This document shows, piece by piece, positions 9,594 through 18,542 of a stretch of DNA of 64,000 nt. How positions within the stretch are numbered: the first letter of the stretch is position 1; each line of letters begins with the position of its first letter. Where the stretch lies: positions 1,313 through 65,312 of the forward strand of contig CASFMJ010000110.1 in NCBI GenBank assembly GCA_949295785.1. The letters run 5' to 3'. The notes under the pieces are model-generated. The model had not been told where the DNA came from, ran no database searches, and saw nothing but the letters and a program-made list of their open reading frames with translations. The stretch is from an uncultured Bacillota bacterium (GTDB taxonomy: Bacteria > Bacillota > Clostridia > Peptostreptococcales > Anaerovoracaceae). A program made the translations under genes and the position numbers.

Positions 9594-10387
9594 TGACAGC
9601 AGAATGCAAAGCAACCAGCAGTGTAGATTTAACCAAAGTTAAACCTTATGGTGATACATTAAACGACGGAATGGTCGAAATGGCCTTTACTCTTCCCGTA
9701 CCTTACGGTGAAGAAGCAGAAGAAGCAGCTAAGCAGCTGGCAAAGAAAATGGGTTTTGATGAACCAAATGTAACTTACTATCATGAACTTTGTCCCGGAT
9801 TCACTTTCTTTGTAGTATACGGAAAGTGTCAGCAGACAATAGACTTCACCGCTATCAAGGTTCCTAAGGTTGAAGGAACTACGATGGACAGAGTTGAATG
9901 CGGTGAATGGATAGGCGAACATGTGGGAAGAGATATCGTAGTTGTAGGTGCTTCCATAGAATCAGACGCACACACTGTAGGTATCGATGCCATTATCCAG
10001 ATGAAAGGATTCCATGGACATTTCGGCCTTGAAAGATTTAAGCATGTAGTTCCGTATAATATGGGATCACAGGTTCCTTGTGAGGCTCTGATCGCCAAGG
10101 CTAAGGAAGTCAATGCCGATGCCATACTGGTTTCACAGACAGTAACTCAGAAGGATATTCATATCAAACAGCTGACAAAGATGGCTGAACTGCTTGAGGC
10201 CGAAGGTCTGCGTGATAAAGTTATTCTTACTTGCGGAGGTCCTAGAATTTCTCATGAACTGGCACAGGAACTGGGATACGATGCAGGTTTCGGACCGGGA
10301 AAATATGCTGAACATGTAATGAGCTATATCATGCAGGAAGTAGTCAAGAGAGGCTGGCAGAACAAACCGCAGATATCAGATCGTTAA
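9593..10387 (+). CDS. kamE: Lysine 5,6-aminomutase beta subunit (cobalamin-binding)
   Basis: VKPYGDTLNDG, B12 motif DAHTVG, LVSQTVTQ, GYDAGFG; TAATG overlap with kamD. Confidence 0.95.
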   Translation: MTAECKATSSVDLTKVKPYGDTLNDGMVEMAFTLPVPYGEEAEEAAKQLAKKMGFDEPNVTYYHELCPGFTFFVVYGKCQQTIDFTAIKVPKVEGTTMDRVECGEWIGEHVGRDIVVVGASIESDAHTVGIDAIIQMKGFHGHFGLERFKHVVPYNMGSQVPCEALIAKAKEVNADAILVSQTVTQKDIHIKQLTKMAELLEAEGLRDKVILTCGGPRISHELAQELGYDAGFGPGKYAEHVMSYIMQEVVKRGWQNKPQISDR

Positions 10388-10481
10388 AAAATTGTTCTGC
10401 TACTCATTGACATGAAGCCGAAAGTGAGTTAGAGTATATATGTTGGACATATGACAAATTTTAGGAAAGGTGATATATAAC

Positions 10482-11207
10482 ATGATTAACAAAATTATGA
10501 CTGCAGACGAAGCAGTTGCAGGCGTAAAAGACGGTATGACCATCATGGTAGGCGGATTCCTTGCAACAGGTTCCCCTGAAGTTCTGATGGATGCGCTGGT
10601 AAGAAAAGGCGTAAAGCATCTTACCGTTATCGCTAACGACGGAGGTCTCGATGCAGGACAGCCTGCAGGAGAATTCGGCGGAAAGACTGCAAGAGGCGTT
10701 GGCAAACTGCTTGAACACCACATGGTAGACCACATAATCGCTTCTCATCTTGGAGTGAACCCTAAGCTTAACGAACAGTTTGCTGAAGGTACATTAAGAT
10801 ACACACTGGTTCCTCAGGGAACCCTGGCTGAAAAGATCAGGGCTGCCGCATACGGTCTGGGCGGAGTGCTGACTCCTACCGGTGTAGGTACTCCTATGGA
10901 GACTGAACTTGATGAACTGGGAAGAGAAAAGAAGGTAGTAGAGATAGAAGGTAAAAAGTATCTTCTCGAGATGCCTCTCCGTGCTGACTATGCTTTCATC
11001 AGACCTACTGTAGCTGACAAATTCGGCAACTATTACTGCGCAAAAGCTACTAAAAACTTCAACTATGTAATGGCAGGAGCTGCAGATAAGACAATCATAG
11101 CTCCGGAAAAGATAGTTGAAATAGGTGAAATAGATCCTGATATGTTTGCTGTAGCAGGCGTTCTGGTAGATGCTATTGCGGAAGGAGAGAAACCATGGCA
11201 GATTTAA
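10482..11207 (+). CDS. atoD: Butyrate/acetoacetate CoA-transferase alpha subunit (AtoD/CtfA family)
   Basis: MVGGF, LVPQGTLAEKIRA, GVLTPTGVGT; ATG 10482 after AGGAAAGGTG. Confidence 0.85.
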   Translation: MINKIMTADEAVAGVKDGMTIMVGGFLATGSPEVLMDALVRKGVKHLTVIANDGGLDAGQPAGEFGGKTARGVGKLLEHHMVDHIIASHLGVNPKLNEQFAEGTLRYTLVPQGTLAEKIRAAAYGLGGVLTPTGVGTPMETELDELGREKKVVEIEGKKYLLEMPLRADYAFIRPTVADKFGNYYCAKATKNFNYVMAGAADKTIIAPEKIVEIGEIDPDMFAVAGVLVDAIAEGEKPWQI

Positions 11208-11851
11208 AAACAAGAATCGCAAAGAGATGTGCGAAAGAATTTAAAGACGGTGAATTCGCCAACCTTGGAATAGGCCTGCCTACAATGGTAGCTGACTATA
11301 TCCCTGAAGATATCATGGTAACATTCCATTCCGAAAACGGATTTGCCGGTATAGACGCTATTGCTGATGAGTCAAATGTCGATGTTGACATCATCAATTC
11401 CGGCGGAACTTATGTAACCGCTCTTGACAGAGTAAAATACTTTGACACAGCCGAGTCCTTCGGTCTTGTAAGAGGCGGACATGTAAGAGCTACCGTTCTG
11501 GGCGCTATGGAAGTTGCTGAAAACGGAGACCTGGCAAACTGGATCGTTCCCGGCAAGAAAGTAGCCGGCATGGGCGGAGCTATGGACCTGTGTACAGGTT
11601 GTCCTGAGGTTATTATCGTAATGCTCCATACTCAGAAAGGTAATCCGAAGATTCTGAAGAAATGTACTCTTCCGCTTACAGCAGAAAAGTGTGTTTCCAA
11701 GATCATTACTGAAATGGGTGTAATGGAAGTAAGAGAAGACGGTATCTGGGTTGTTGAACTTCACCCCGATTATACCAAGGAAGATATCCAGGCTGCAACA
11801 GGCTGCGAACTTCACTTCGATCCTGATATGAAACCTATGGAAGAAGAATAG
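11195..11851 (+). CDS. atoA: Butyrate/acetoacetate CoA-transferase beta subunit (AtoA/CtfB family)
   Basis: NLGIGLPT, catalytic SENG, GMGGAMDL, CTLPLT; overlaps the alpha gene. Confidence 0.87.
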   Translation: MADLKTRIAKRCAKEFKDGEFANLGIGLPTMVADYIPEDIMVTFHSENGFAGIDAIADESNVDVDIINSGGTYVTALDRVKYFDTAESFGLVRGGHVRATVLGAMEVAENGDLANWIVPGKKVAGMGGAMDLCTGCPEVIIVMLHTQKGNPKILKKCTLPLTAEKCVSKIITEMGVMEVREDGIWVVELHPDYTKEDIQAATGCELHFDPDMKPMEEE

Positions 11852-11870
11852 AATATTATATTATAAAGTA

Positions 11871-11907
11871 AAAGAGGCAGACATGAATAACATGTCTGCC
11901 CCTTTTT
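11871..11907. terminator. Intrinsic terminator between convergent genes
   Basis: GGCAGACATG-AATAA-CATGTCTGCC flanked by A- and T-tracts. Confidence 0.8.
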
Positions 11908-11938
11908 ATAACATGATATTTATTACAGATTCATCCGT

Positions 11939-13138
11939 TTACTTAAGCATGTAGTTTTTCAGATCCTGACGCCTGCTTATGTTAAGTTTATGCAGACATA
12001 CAGAAATATACTGTTTGACGGTATTAGGGGAAATGTTAAGGTGTTCGCCGATTTCCTGATTTGTCCATCCGCGGGCAGCAAGCATAGCTATAGCAAATTC
12101 GGTAGTAGTAAGATTGTCAGCCACATCTTCACCGGTAGTGGGATTATGGATCTTTCGCCAGCCTGCTGAAAATCGGTATGTTATATTTATAATTTTTTTA
12201 AATTCATCAGGCCAGCTTTTTTTTATGACAGATTCCAGCATGCCACCCAGAAGACCATGATGTTCTCCGAAGCCTTCGATGAGCCCGTCAGGCATGGCAA
12301 TCTCCCATGCAGCTAAAAGATGTTCTTTGGCTTTTTCCGGCTGCTTGAGACTCATGTAATCCATTACAGCTACCAGATGAAGGTAAATAGCAGGAATAGG
12401 ATACATTTCTGACAACATGGCAAGGGTTGTCTCTGTTATGCCTATGCTTTTGCCGTAATCCTTCTGCAGATATGTATAGTGTGCCTGAACATAAAAAGCA
12501 AAAGCTCTTACGCCGGGAGGCAGTAGGGGAAGATAACCGGTAATCCTGGTAAAATTGTCGGGGAGCGGCAGATGCAGGAGTACAGAAGCCGCTGATGCGA
12601 CAAATGATTTAGCTGCAGCAACATTAATCTCTGTATTGTTGCTTTCAGATGAAAATATACGACTTAATTCGTTCAGAGCATATCGGGTCTGATTTATATG
12701 CCCTATGGCAAGATTGGAATATGCATATATTAAAAAGGCAGATAAACGTGCGCCTTCATTTTCGCTTGCCATATACAGCTCGCATATTTCTGCAGCCTGT
12801 TCAGGATGGCCGCTGAAATAATAAAATTCAGCTTTTGCAATATCCTTTTGGGTTCCCGGCTCCATTTTTTCTATATAATCAAGACAGGTTCCCGGTTTGA
12901 ATGAAGAATTCATAAGGGGCATCAGTGATGAGGCAGCCATAGACTGGGGCTTCGCATTGTATGAAGGCATTTTGTTTCTCTGCCGATTTATACGAGGGTC
13001 TTCAGCGGTTAAAGGAATAGTCCATCGGCCGTCTGTTTTTTTTGCACCCTCAATACGGTTCAGAGCACAGTATTTCTGCAGCATGCGTTCAGAAATGTTC
13101 CATTTTTCAGATGCCTGTTTTATTGACATATATTCCAT
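11939..13138 (-). CDS. LuxR-family regulator with an additional N-terminal HTH
   Basis: C-terminal LTTTEFAIAMLAARGWTNQEIGEHLNISPNTVK; N-terminal MSIKQASEKWNISER...C...RIEGAKK; SD GGAGGT before ATG 13138. Confidence 0.8.
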   Translation of the reverse strand: MEYMSIKQASEKWNISERMLQKYCALNRIEGAKKTDGRWTIPLTAEDPRINRQRNKMPSYNAKPQSMAASSLMPLMNSSFKPGTCLDYIEKMEPGTQKDIAKAEFYYFSGHPEQAAEICELYMASENEGARLSAFLIYAYSNLAIGHINQTRYALNELSRIFSSESNNTEINVAAAKSFVASAASVLLHLPLPDNFTRITGYLPLLPPGVRAFAFYVQAHYTYLQKDYGKSIGITETTLAMLSEMYPIPAIYLHLVAVMDYMSLKQPEKAKEHLLAAWEIAMPDGLIEGFGEHHGLLGGMLESVIKKSWPDEFKKIINITYRFSAGWRKIHNPTTGEDVADNLTTTEFAIAMLAARGWTNQEIGEHLNISPNTVKQYISVCLHKLNISRRQDLKNYMLK

Positions 13139-13191
13139 GATACTTACCTCCACCGATTTATTTATAATCTCAGAATTATTTCCAAGTTATG

Positions 13192-15225
13192 TTATGATTT
13201 TTCACCTTCAATGTATAGCAGTCCTTCTCTGGTTATTCTTGAACCGGTACGGCCGGTGCCGGTATGGATAAGGCCGTTTTTCTTCAGTTCAGCCATGTAT
13301 TTTTTCAGCAGACCTTCTCCGATATTTATATTTTCTTTGTATAAACTTTGTAATATTGCCCCGCGTCCTATTCCGACATATGGAGTTGATTCTGACAGTA
13401 TAATCTTGAGAATCTTCTTCATAATATAGTCTTTACCTGCCATGTCATCATTCTGAAAAACCGCGCCAAAGCAGTCATCTGATTTTATATAATCCGGCTC
13501 AGCTGATGTGCCAGCAGGCAGATATTCGGGAAGCTGTCCCATTATCCTGTAATATGACGCTGCATTTTCCAGTTCTCTTACATTTCCGGGCCAGCTGTAT
13601 CTTAAAAGAGTCTCCTGCTCCTTTGGCAGCAGGTTATTGTATTTTTTGCCGAGGAAAACTTTGAGCAAAGGAAGAATATCGGCCTTTCTGTCTTTGAGAG
13701 GTGCAAGGTTCAGAGTTATAACATTGAGTCTGTAAAAAAGATCGCTTCTGAATTTCCCCTCAGAGACTCTTTTCTCAAGATCTGCATTGGTTGCTGCTAT
13801 TATGCGGACGTCAATATCTATTATTTTTCCGCTTCCGACCCGCATTATCTGGCGCTCCTGTATAACCCTGAGAAGCCTGGTCTGAAGGCTTGAAGAAATA
13901 TCACCTATTTCATCAAGAAAAATCGTACCATGCTGTGCATGTTCAAAAAGACCGAGTTTGCCGCTTTTTTTTGCACCTGTAAAAGAACCTTCTTCATAGC
14001 CGAAAAGCTCGCTTTCCAGAAGACTGTCAGGGATGGCTCCGCAGTTGACAGCCACAAAAGGATATTTCCTGCGTGGAGAATAATTGTGTATTGACTGAGC
14101 AAGCAATTCTTTACCCGTACCGCTTGCACCTCGTATAAGAATGGTGTAATCAGATAGGGCTGCTTTTTTTGCCATACTGATACATTGCTGCATAGAAGCA
14201 GACTGATGAATCATATCATTGAAAGTGTACCGGGCGTAAAACCCGGATTGTTTAAGTTTTCTGCTCAGGTTGTTTTCACTTTCACGAAGGTCTTTCTCGT
14301 TCTGGAAGATAAGACAGCATCCTATGGATTCATCCAGTAATGAAATATTAATTTTTTTAACCAGATAATTTCCTTCTTTAAAGACGATCATTTCATCTTC
14401 AAATGAGTCAGAAGAGGCAAGAGCATCCGGCAGATAATGATTCTGAATAAAAATATCATTTTGTTCAATGCCAAAGGTAGAAGCCGCCTGTTCGTTTATA
14501 TAATGTATGGTACCTCTGCTGTCAAGAAGGATTATTGCCTGTGATGAACCATCTACTACATTGTTAAGCATCTGATCTTTAAGAAAACTGCTCATATAAC
14601 TGTTTATGTAGTCTATACTTGTGTCCATATCCTCCTTGATTTTTTTCAGCAGATTACCATGAACATACGAGTTCTGAAGCCCCAGAAGAGAAATGACTTT
14701 GTGGAATGTCTCAAAGCTGATTTCCCGGTTATATATGTTATATACATGAGTTATATGATCCGGAACAAGGTGCTTTGAGGCTTTGGTGACTATGGCTGTG
14801 TCTATGTCGTCATAACCTCCCTGGACTGCAGTATCTTTATCGAATGGAACCAGCATAAGGTGACCTACGCCAAGCTCATATATCATGTACATGGTCTGAA
14901 GTATGCTCTGTCTTGAGTCATTTACCACAAGCACTCTGGTTCCGGCAGGTATTTCCATTACAGGATGGAGATACTTCTGCTGTATGCTTCTTGTCATTAC
15001 CACTACTTTGGAAAAATCGTCTATGTGACCTACAAGACTGCTGAGAATGTCTTCATAGCATATTACATATGCATCAGCTTCAATTCTCTCATCTTTGTCC
15101 ACCTCATTCATATAATAATTTGTAATGTTGACATAATCTCCCAGAACACTGTAAAAATTGTTTTCCAGATACTCTATAGCCGCAGGATTACACATGCTTC
15201 TGTAAATGATAGCAAGCTCTTTCAT
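13192..15225 (-). CDS. Sigma-54-dependent activator (PAS-like region, AAA+, winged-HTH C-terminus)
   Basis: GASGTGKE, ESELFGYEEGSFTGA, FLDEIGD, WPGNVREL; ATG 15225 after GGAGG; divergent from a -24/-12 promoter. Confidence 0.9.
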   Translation of the reverse strand: MKELAIIYRSMCNPAAIEYLENNFYSVLGDYVNITNYYMNEVDKDERIEADAYVICYEDILSSLVGHIDDFSKVVVMTRSIQQKYLHPVMEIPAGTRVLVVNDSRQSILQTMYMIYELGVGHLMLVPFDKDTAVQGGYDDIDTAIVTKASKHLVPDHITHVYNIYNREISFETFHKVISLLGLQNSYVHGNLLKKIKEDMDTSIDYINSYMSSFLKDQMLNNVVDGSSQAIILLDSRGTIHYINEQAASTFGIEQNDIFIQNHYLPDALASSDSFEDEMIVFKEGNYLVKKINISLLDESIGCCLIFQNEKDLRESENNLSRKLKQSGFYARYTFNDMIHQSASMQQCISMAKKAALSDYTILIRGASGTGKELLAQSIHNYSPRRKYPFVAVNCGAIPDSLLESELFGYEEGSFTGAKKSGKLGLFEHAQHGTIFLDEIGDISSSLQTRLLRVIQERQIMRVGSGKIIDIDVRIIAATNADLEKRVSEGKFRSDLFYRLNVITLNLAPLKDRKADILPLLKVFLGKKYNNLLPKEQETLLRYSWPGNVRELENAASYYRIMGQLPEYLPAGTSAEPDYIKSDDCFGAVFQNDDMAGKDYIMKKILKIILSESTPYVGIGRGAILQSLYKENINIGEGLLKKYMAELKKNGLIHTGTGRTGSRITREGLLYIEGEKS

Positions 15226-15294
15226 GGAAGCGCCTCCATATTTTTTTATAAAAATATTGTAACAAAATATGACGCTGTCAGTCAAGAGCAGCAA

Positions 15295-15310
15295 TGGCAT
15301 GAAAGTTGCA
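15295..15310 (+). promoter_or_regulatory. Sigma-54 (-24/-12) promoter of the six-gene operon
   Basis: TGGCATGAAAGTTGCA with GG-N10-GC, 40 nt upstream of the SDR start. Confidence 0.85.
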
Positions 15311-15349
15311 ATGATATCCTATATAAGAATACAGCATAAGGAGGGTAAA

Positions 15350-16063
15350 ATGAAAAAAGTTGCGGTTGTTACAGGAGCAGGAGCCGGAATAGGAAAAAAG
15401 ATAGCACTTCAGCTTGCCGGTGAAGGCTACAGGGTGTATGCCAATGCCAGAAGCGAGAAAAAGCTTGAGGACACTCTTGCTGCCGGCAAGGGATATGACA
15501 TCATACCTCTTATATTTGATGTAAGAGACCTGGATGCTATAGAAGAAAGCTTCAGCCACATCGACACAATTGACTGTCTTGTAAACAATGCAGGTGTGAG
15601 TATCAGAAACAAAGGAATATATGATATAAATGAGGATGACTGGGATATGATACTGGACACCAATGCAAAAGGCTATTTCTTTGTTGCGAGAGCGGCATTA
15701 AAGAAAATGAAACGTGGAGGCTGCATAATAAATATGTCCTCCGGTGCTGCCAAAACAGGAGGTGATTTTGTCTCAATACCGTATTCTACTTCCAAGGGAG
15801 CTATAAATTCTCTGACAGTATGTCTGGCAAGAGAACTTGCATCAGAAGGGATAAGGGTCAATGCTGTTTCTCCCGGATTCATTGACACTGACATGCTGAC
15901 CCTCAACGGTCAGCCAAAAGATTTTTATAGCAAGGTAATCCCCCTTGGAAGGCTTGGAGAAACAGAAGATATAGCCAATATGGTGACATTTCTGGCATCA
16001 GAAAAAGCTGGCTTTGTCACCGGACAGATCATAGAAGTCAATGGCGGAGATATAATGGGATAA
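15350..16063 (+). CDS. Short-chain dehydrogenase/reductase (FabG-like fold, substrate unknown)
   Basis: TGAGAGIG, NNAG, catalytic YSTSK, IRVNAVSPGFIDT; SD AAGGAGG. Confidence 0.9.
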   Translation: MKKVAVVTGAGAGIGKKIALQLAGEGYRVYANARSEKKLEDTLAAGKGYDIIPLIFDVRDLDAIEESFSHIDTIDCLVNNAGVSIRNKGIYDINEDDWDMILDTNAKGYFFVARAALKKMKRGGCIINMSSGAAKTGGDFVSIPYSTSKGAINSLTVCLARELASEGIRVNAVSPGFIDTDMLTLNGQPKDFYSKVIPLGRLGETEDIANMVTFLASEKAGFVTGQIIEVNGGDIMG

Positions 16064-16179
16064 ATGACAACAATAGGAATAATCCTGTTTATCCTATTAA
16101 AATCAATACTGAAATGCCGACAGTTAAAAAACGGCAGTGATTAATCTGTTGAAACTGATTTGACTGGAAAGGAAAAACA

Positions 16180-17625
16180 ATGAAAGAGAAAGGCAATGTA
16201 AAGACCCCTAATATAACTTTTGGCAAAGCGCTGCTCTGCATAGTGGGACTGGTAATAGTACTGGCGCTGGGGTTCGCCATAATCGGTCTTGACACTAAAG
16301 TCACATTTCTGATAGCATCCATAGTAGTAGGATGTTTTCTTATCGCGTACGGGTACAGACTGGATCAGGTTATGAGCTGGTATGTAGACGGCTGTAAGGG
16401 TGCGATAGAACTTATACTTATTCTTATGAGTGTCGGTACTGTAATAGGTACATGGATGGCATCGGGTACTGTACCGACAATAATTTATTACGGACTTAAA
16501 CTTCTTACGCCGACTTCATTCATGGCTATAGGATTTTTACTGTGCTGTATTGTATCATTCTTTGTAGGAAGCTCATATTCCACCCTTGCAACACTGGGAG
16601 TGGCATTTATCGGTATAGGAACCGGACTTGGCATGAACCTGGGGCTTGTAGCAGGAATGGTGCTTTCAGGAGCCATGTTTGGAGATAAAATGTCACCGTT
16701 TTCAGATACCACAAATCTGGCACCTGCCGTTTCGGGAACGACGGTATATAAGCATATAGGTTCTATGATATATACGGTGACACCCACTATGATAATCACA
16801 TTTGTACTGTATCTTATCATAAGTATGAATATAGATACTCATGCCGCGCAGATGACGTTAGTCGATGAGATGATAAGCGGTCTTGAAAAATCATTCAATA
16901 TCACACCGGTTCTTTTTGTCGTTCCGATTTTTGTGCTGACACTTGCTCTTCTTAAGGTACCTCCTGTGGTGGCAATGCTTTCGAGTGCATTTCTGGCCAT
17001 AATAATGGGAGCTTTTACTCAGACTGACCATGTGGAACTGATCAGGCTTGTAGATGCGATGGGTATAGGTTTTTCCATAGAAACAGGTGTGCCTGAACTT
17101 GATGCACTTCTTAACAGAGGCGGTATAGTTTCAATGATGGAAGTTGTGGCATGGACTCTTCTTACATTGGGAATGGGTCACTGCCTCAAAGAGGGAGGCA
17201 TACTGCATGCGTTCCTCAACAAACTGCTGGTATTTATCAAGAAGCCTAAGCAGCTGGTAATTTCCACACTGCTGTTTTCGCTGGTTACAGCGTGTCTGAC
17301 AGCATCCCAGTATCTTGCTATAATGCTTCCCGGTATGCTGCTCAGGGATGAGTATACAAAATTTAAACTCGATAAAAAGCTCCTTTCAAGGACTCTGGAA
17401 GATGGCGGTACAATGTTCTCGTTCCTTATTCCGTGGGACACTGCCGGTATATATACAGCATCGGTTCTGGGAGTTGCAACAATCACTTATGCGCCTTATG
17501 CCTTCCTTCTGTGGATAAACCCCATAATAGCGATAATATATGCGCTTATCGGCTTTGCCCAGTTTAAAGCGAAGGATGAAGATATAAAAAATGAACTCGA
17601 AGCTGAAGAAAATGCTTCTGCTTAA
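16180..17625 (+). CDS. NhaC-family transporter (Na+/H+ antiporter or amino acid/organic acid carrier)
   Basis: GTWMASGTVPTIIYYGL, GAMFGDKMSPFSDTTNLA, LSRTLEDGGT, LIPW; many hydrophobic segments. Confidence 0.88.
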   Translation: MKEKGNVKTPNITFGKALLCIVGLVIVLALGFAIIGLDTKVTFLIASIVVGCFLIAYGYRLDQVMSWYVDGCKGAIELILILMSVGTVIGTWMASGTVPTIIYYGLKLLTPTSFMAIGFLLCCIVSFFVGSSYSTLATLGVAFIGIGTGLGMNLGLVAGMVLSGAMFGDKMSPFSDTTNLAPAVSGTTVYKHIGSMIYTVTPTMIITFVLYLIISMNIDTHAAQMTLVDEMISGLEKSFNITPVLFVVPIFVLTLALLKVPPVVAMLSSAFLAIIMGAFTQTDHVELIRLVDAMGIGFSIETGVPELDALLNRGGIVSMMEVVAWTLLTLGMGHCLKEGGILHAFLNKLLVFIKKPKQLVISTLLFSLVTACLTASQYLAIMLPGMLLRDEYTKFKLDKKLLSRTLEDGGTMFSFLIPWDTAGIYTASVLGVATITYAPYAFLLWINPIIAIIYALIGFAQFKAKDEDIKNELEAEENASA

Positions 17626-17649
17626 TAAAATATACAGGAGGACAGATTT

Positions 17650-18492
17650 ATGCAAAAGACAGGAAAAGTAATGCTGCCCCAGGGGAAAAAAATAGCTCTC
17701 AATCTGGGATTTGACTTCGATTCATCCTCTGTATGGATGGAATCTTTCGGAAAGACCTCGCCTGTTTATACTTCAAGAGGTGAATATGGCGCAGAAGTAG
17801 GAGTGCCGCGGATTCTGGATCTTCTTGATAAATACGATATTAAATCCACTTTCTTTGTACCGGGTCACACTATAGATACATATCCTGAAGTATGCCGGGA
17901 GATAGTGGCAAGGGGACATGAGATAGCCCACCACGGTTATGTGCATGAAGATCCGACAGATCTGCCCGTGCAAGAGGAAGAAGCTATTTTGGTTAAAGGA
18001 CTGGAAGCTCTTGACAGAATAGGTGTCAAACCTGTTGGATACAGATCTCCGGGATTTGATTTCAGTCCAAACACCATGGATCTTTTGATGAAATATGATA
18101 TCAAATATGACAGCAGTCTGATGGGACAGGATTTTTATCCTTATTGTCCGGCTCCATGCAAGGTGAATTTTGATAAGGGCAATGAATTTGGAGAACCTGT
18201 CGATCTGGTGGAAATGCCGGTATCTTGGTATATGGATGATTTTCCTCATTCGGAGTTCATCATGACAAGAACAGGGATGAAACCGCAGAGCCAGATATTT
18301 GAAATATGGATCGCTACATTTGACTACGGAATAGCAAACACTGAAAACGGAATGCTGAATGTAGCAATGCATCCGCAGGTCATAGGCAGACCTCATAATA
18401 TCATGATGCTGGAAAAATTTATAAATCATGTTCTTGAATCGGGAGCATGGATTGCCCCCTTCGCGGAAATATATAAAAATATAAAATTTTAA
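17650..18492 (+). CDS. Polysaccharide deacetylase-fold hydrolase, cytoplasmic PuuE/H. pylori PgdA-like group
   Basis: FDFD, SRGEYGAEVGVPRILDLL, TFFVPG, HEIAHHGYVHE, GYRSP, YDSS, MHPQVIGRP; no signal peptide. Confidence 0.85.
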   Translation: MQKTGKVMLPQGKKIALNLGFDFDSSSVWMESFGKTSPVYTSRGEYGAEVGVPRILDLLDKYDIKSTFFVPGHTIDTYPEVCREIVARGHEIAHHGYVHEDPTDLPVQEEEAILVKGLEALDRIGVKPVGYRSPGFDFSPNTMDLLMKYDIKYDSSLMGQDFYPYCPAPCKVNFDKGNEFGEPVDLVEMPVSWYMDDFPHSEFIMTRTGMKPQSQIFEIWIATFDYGIANTENGMLNVAMHPQVIGRPHNIMMLEKFINHVLESGAWIAPFAEIYKNIKF

Positions 18493-18542
18493 TGGCAGAG
18501 GAAAGAGGCTTTATAAGCCTCTTTCCTAATGAGGAGGTTGGC

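Noticed and set aside
12990..13138. Excisionase-like HTH as evidence of an integrated mobile element
   Set aside because: No integrase, transposase, relaxase or attachment repeats seen in the window
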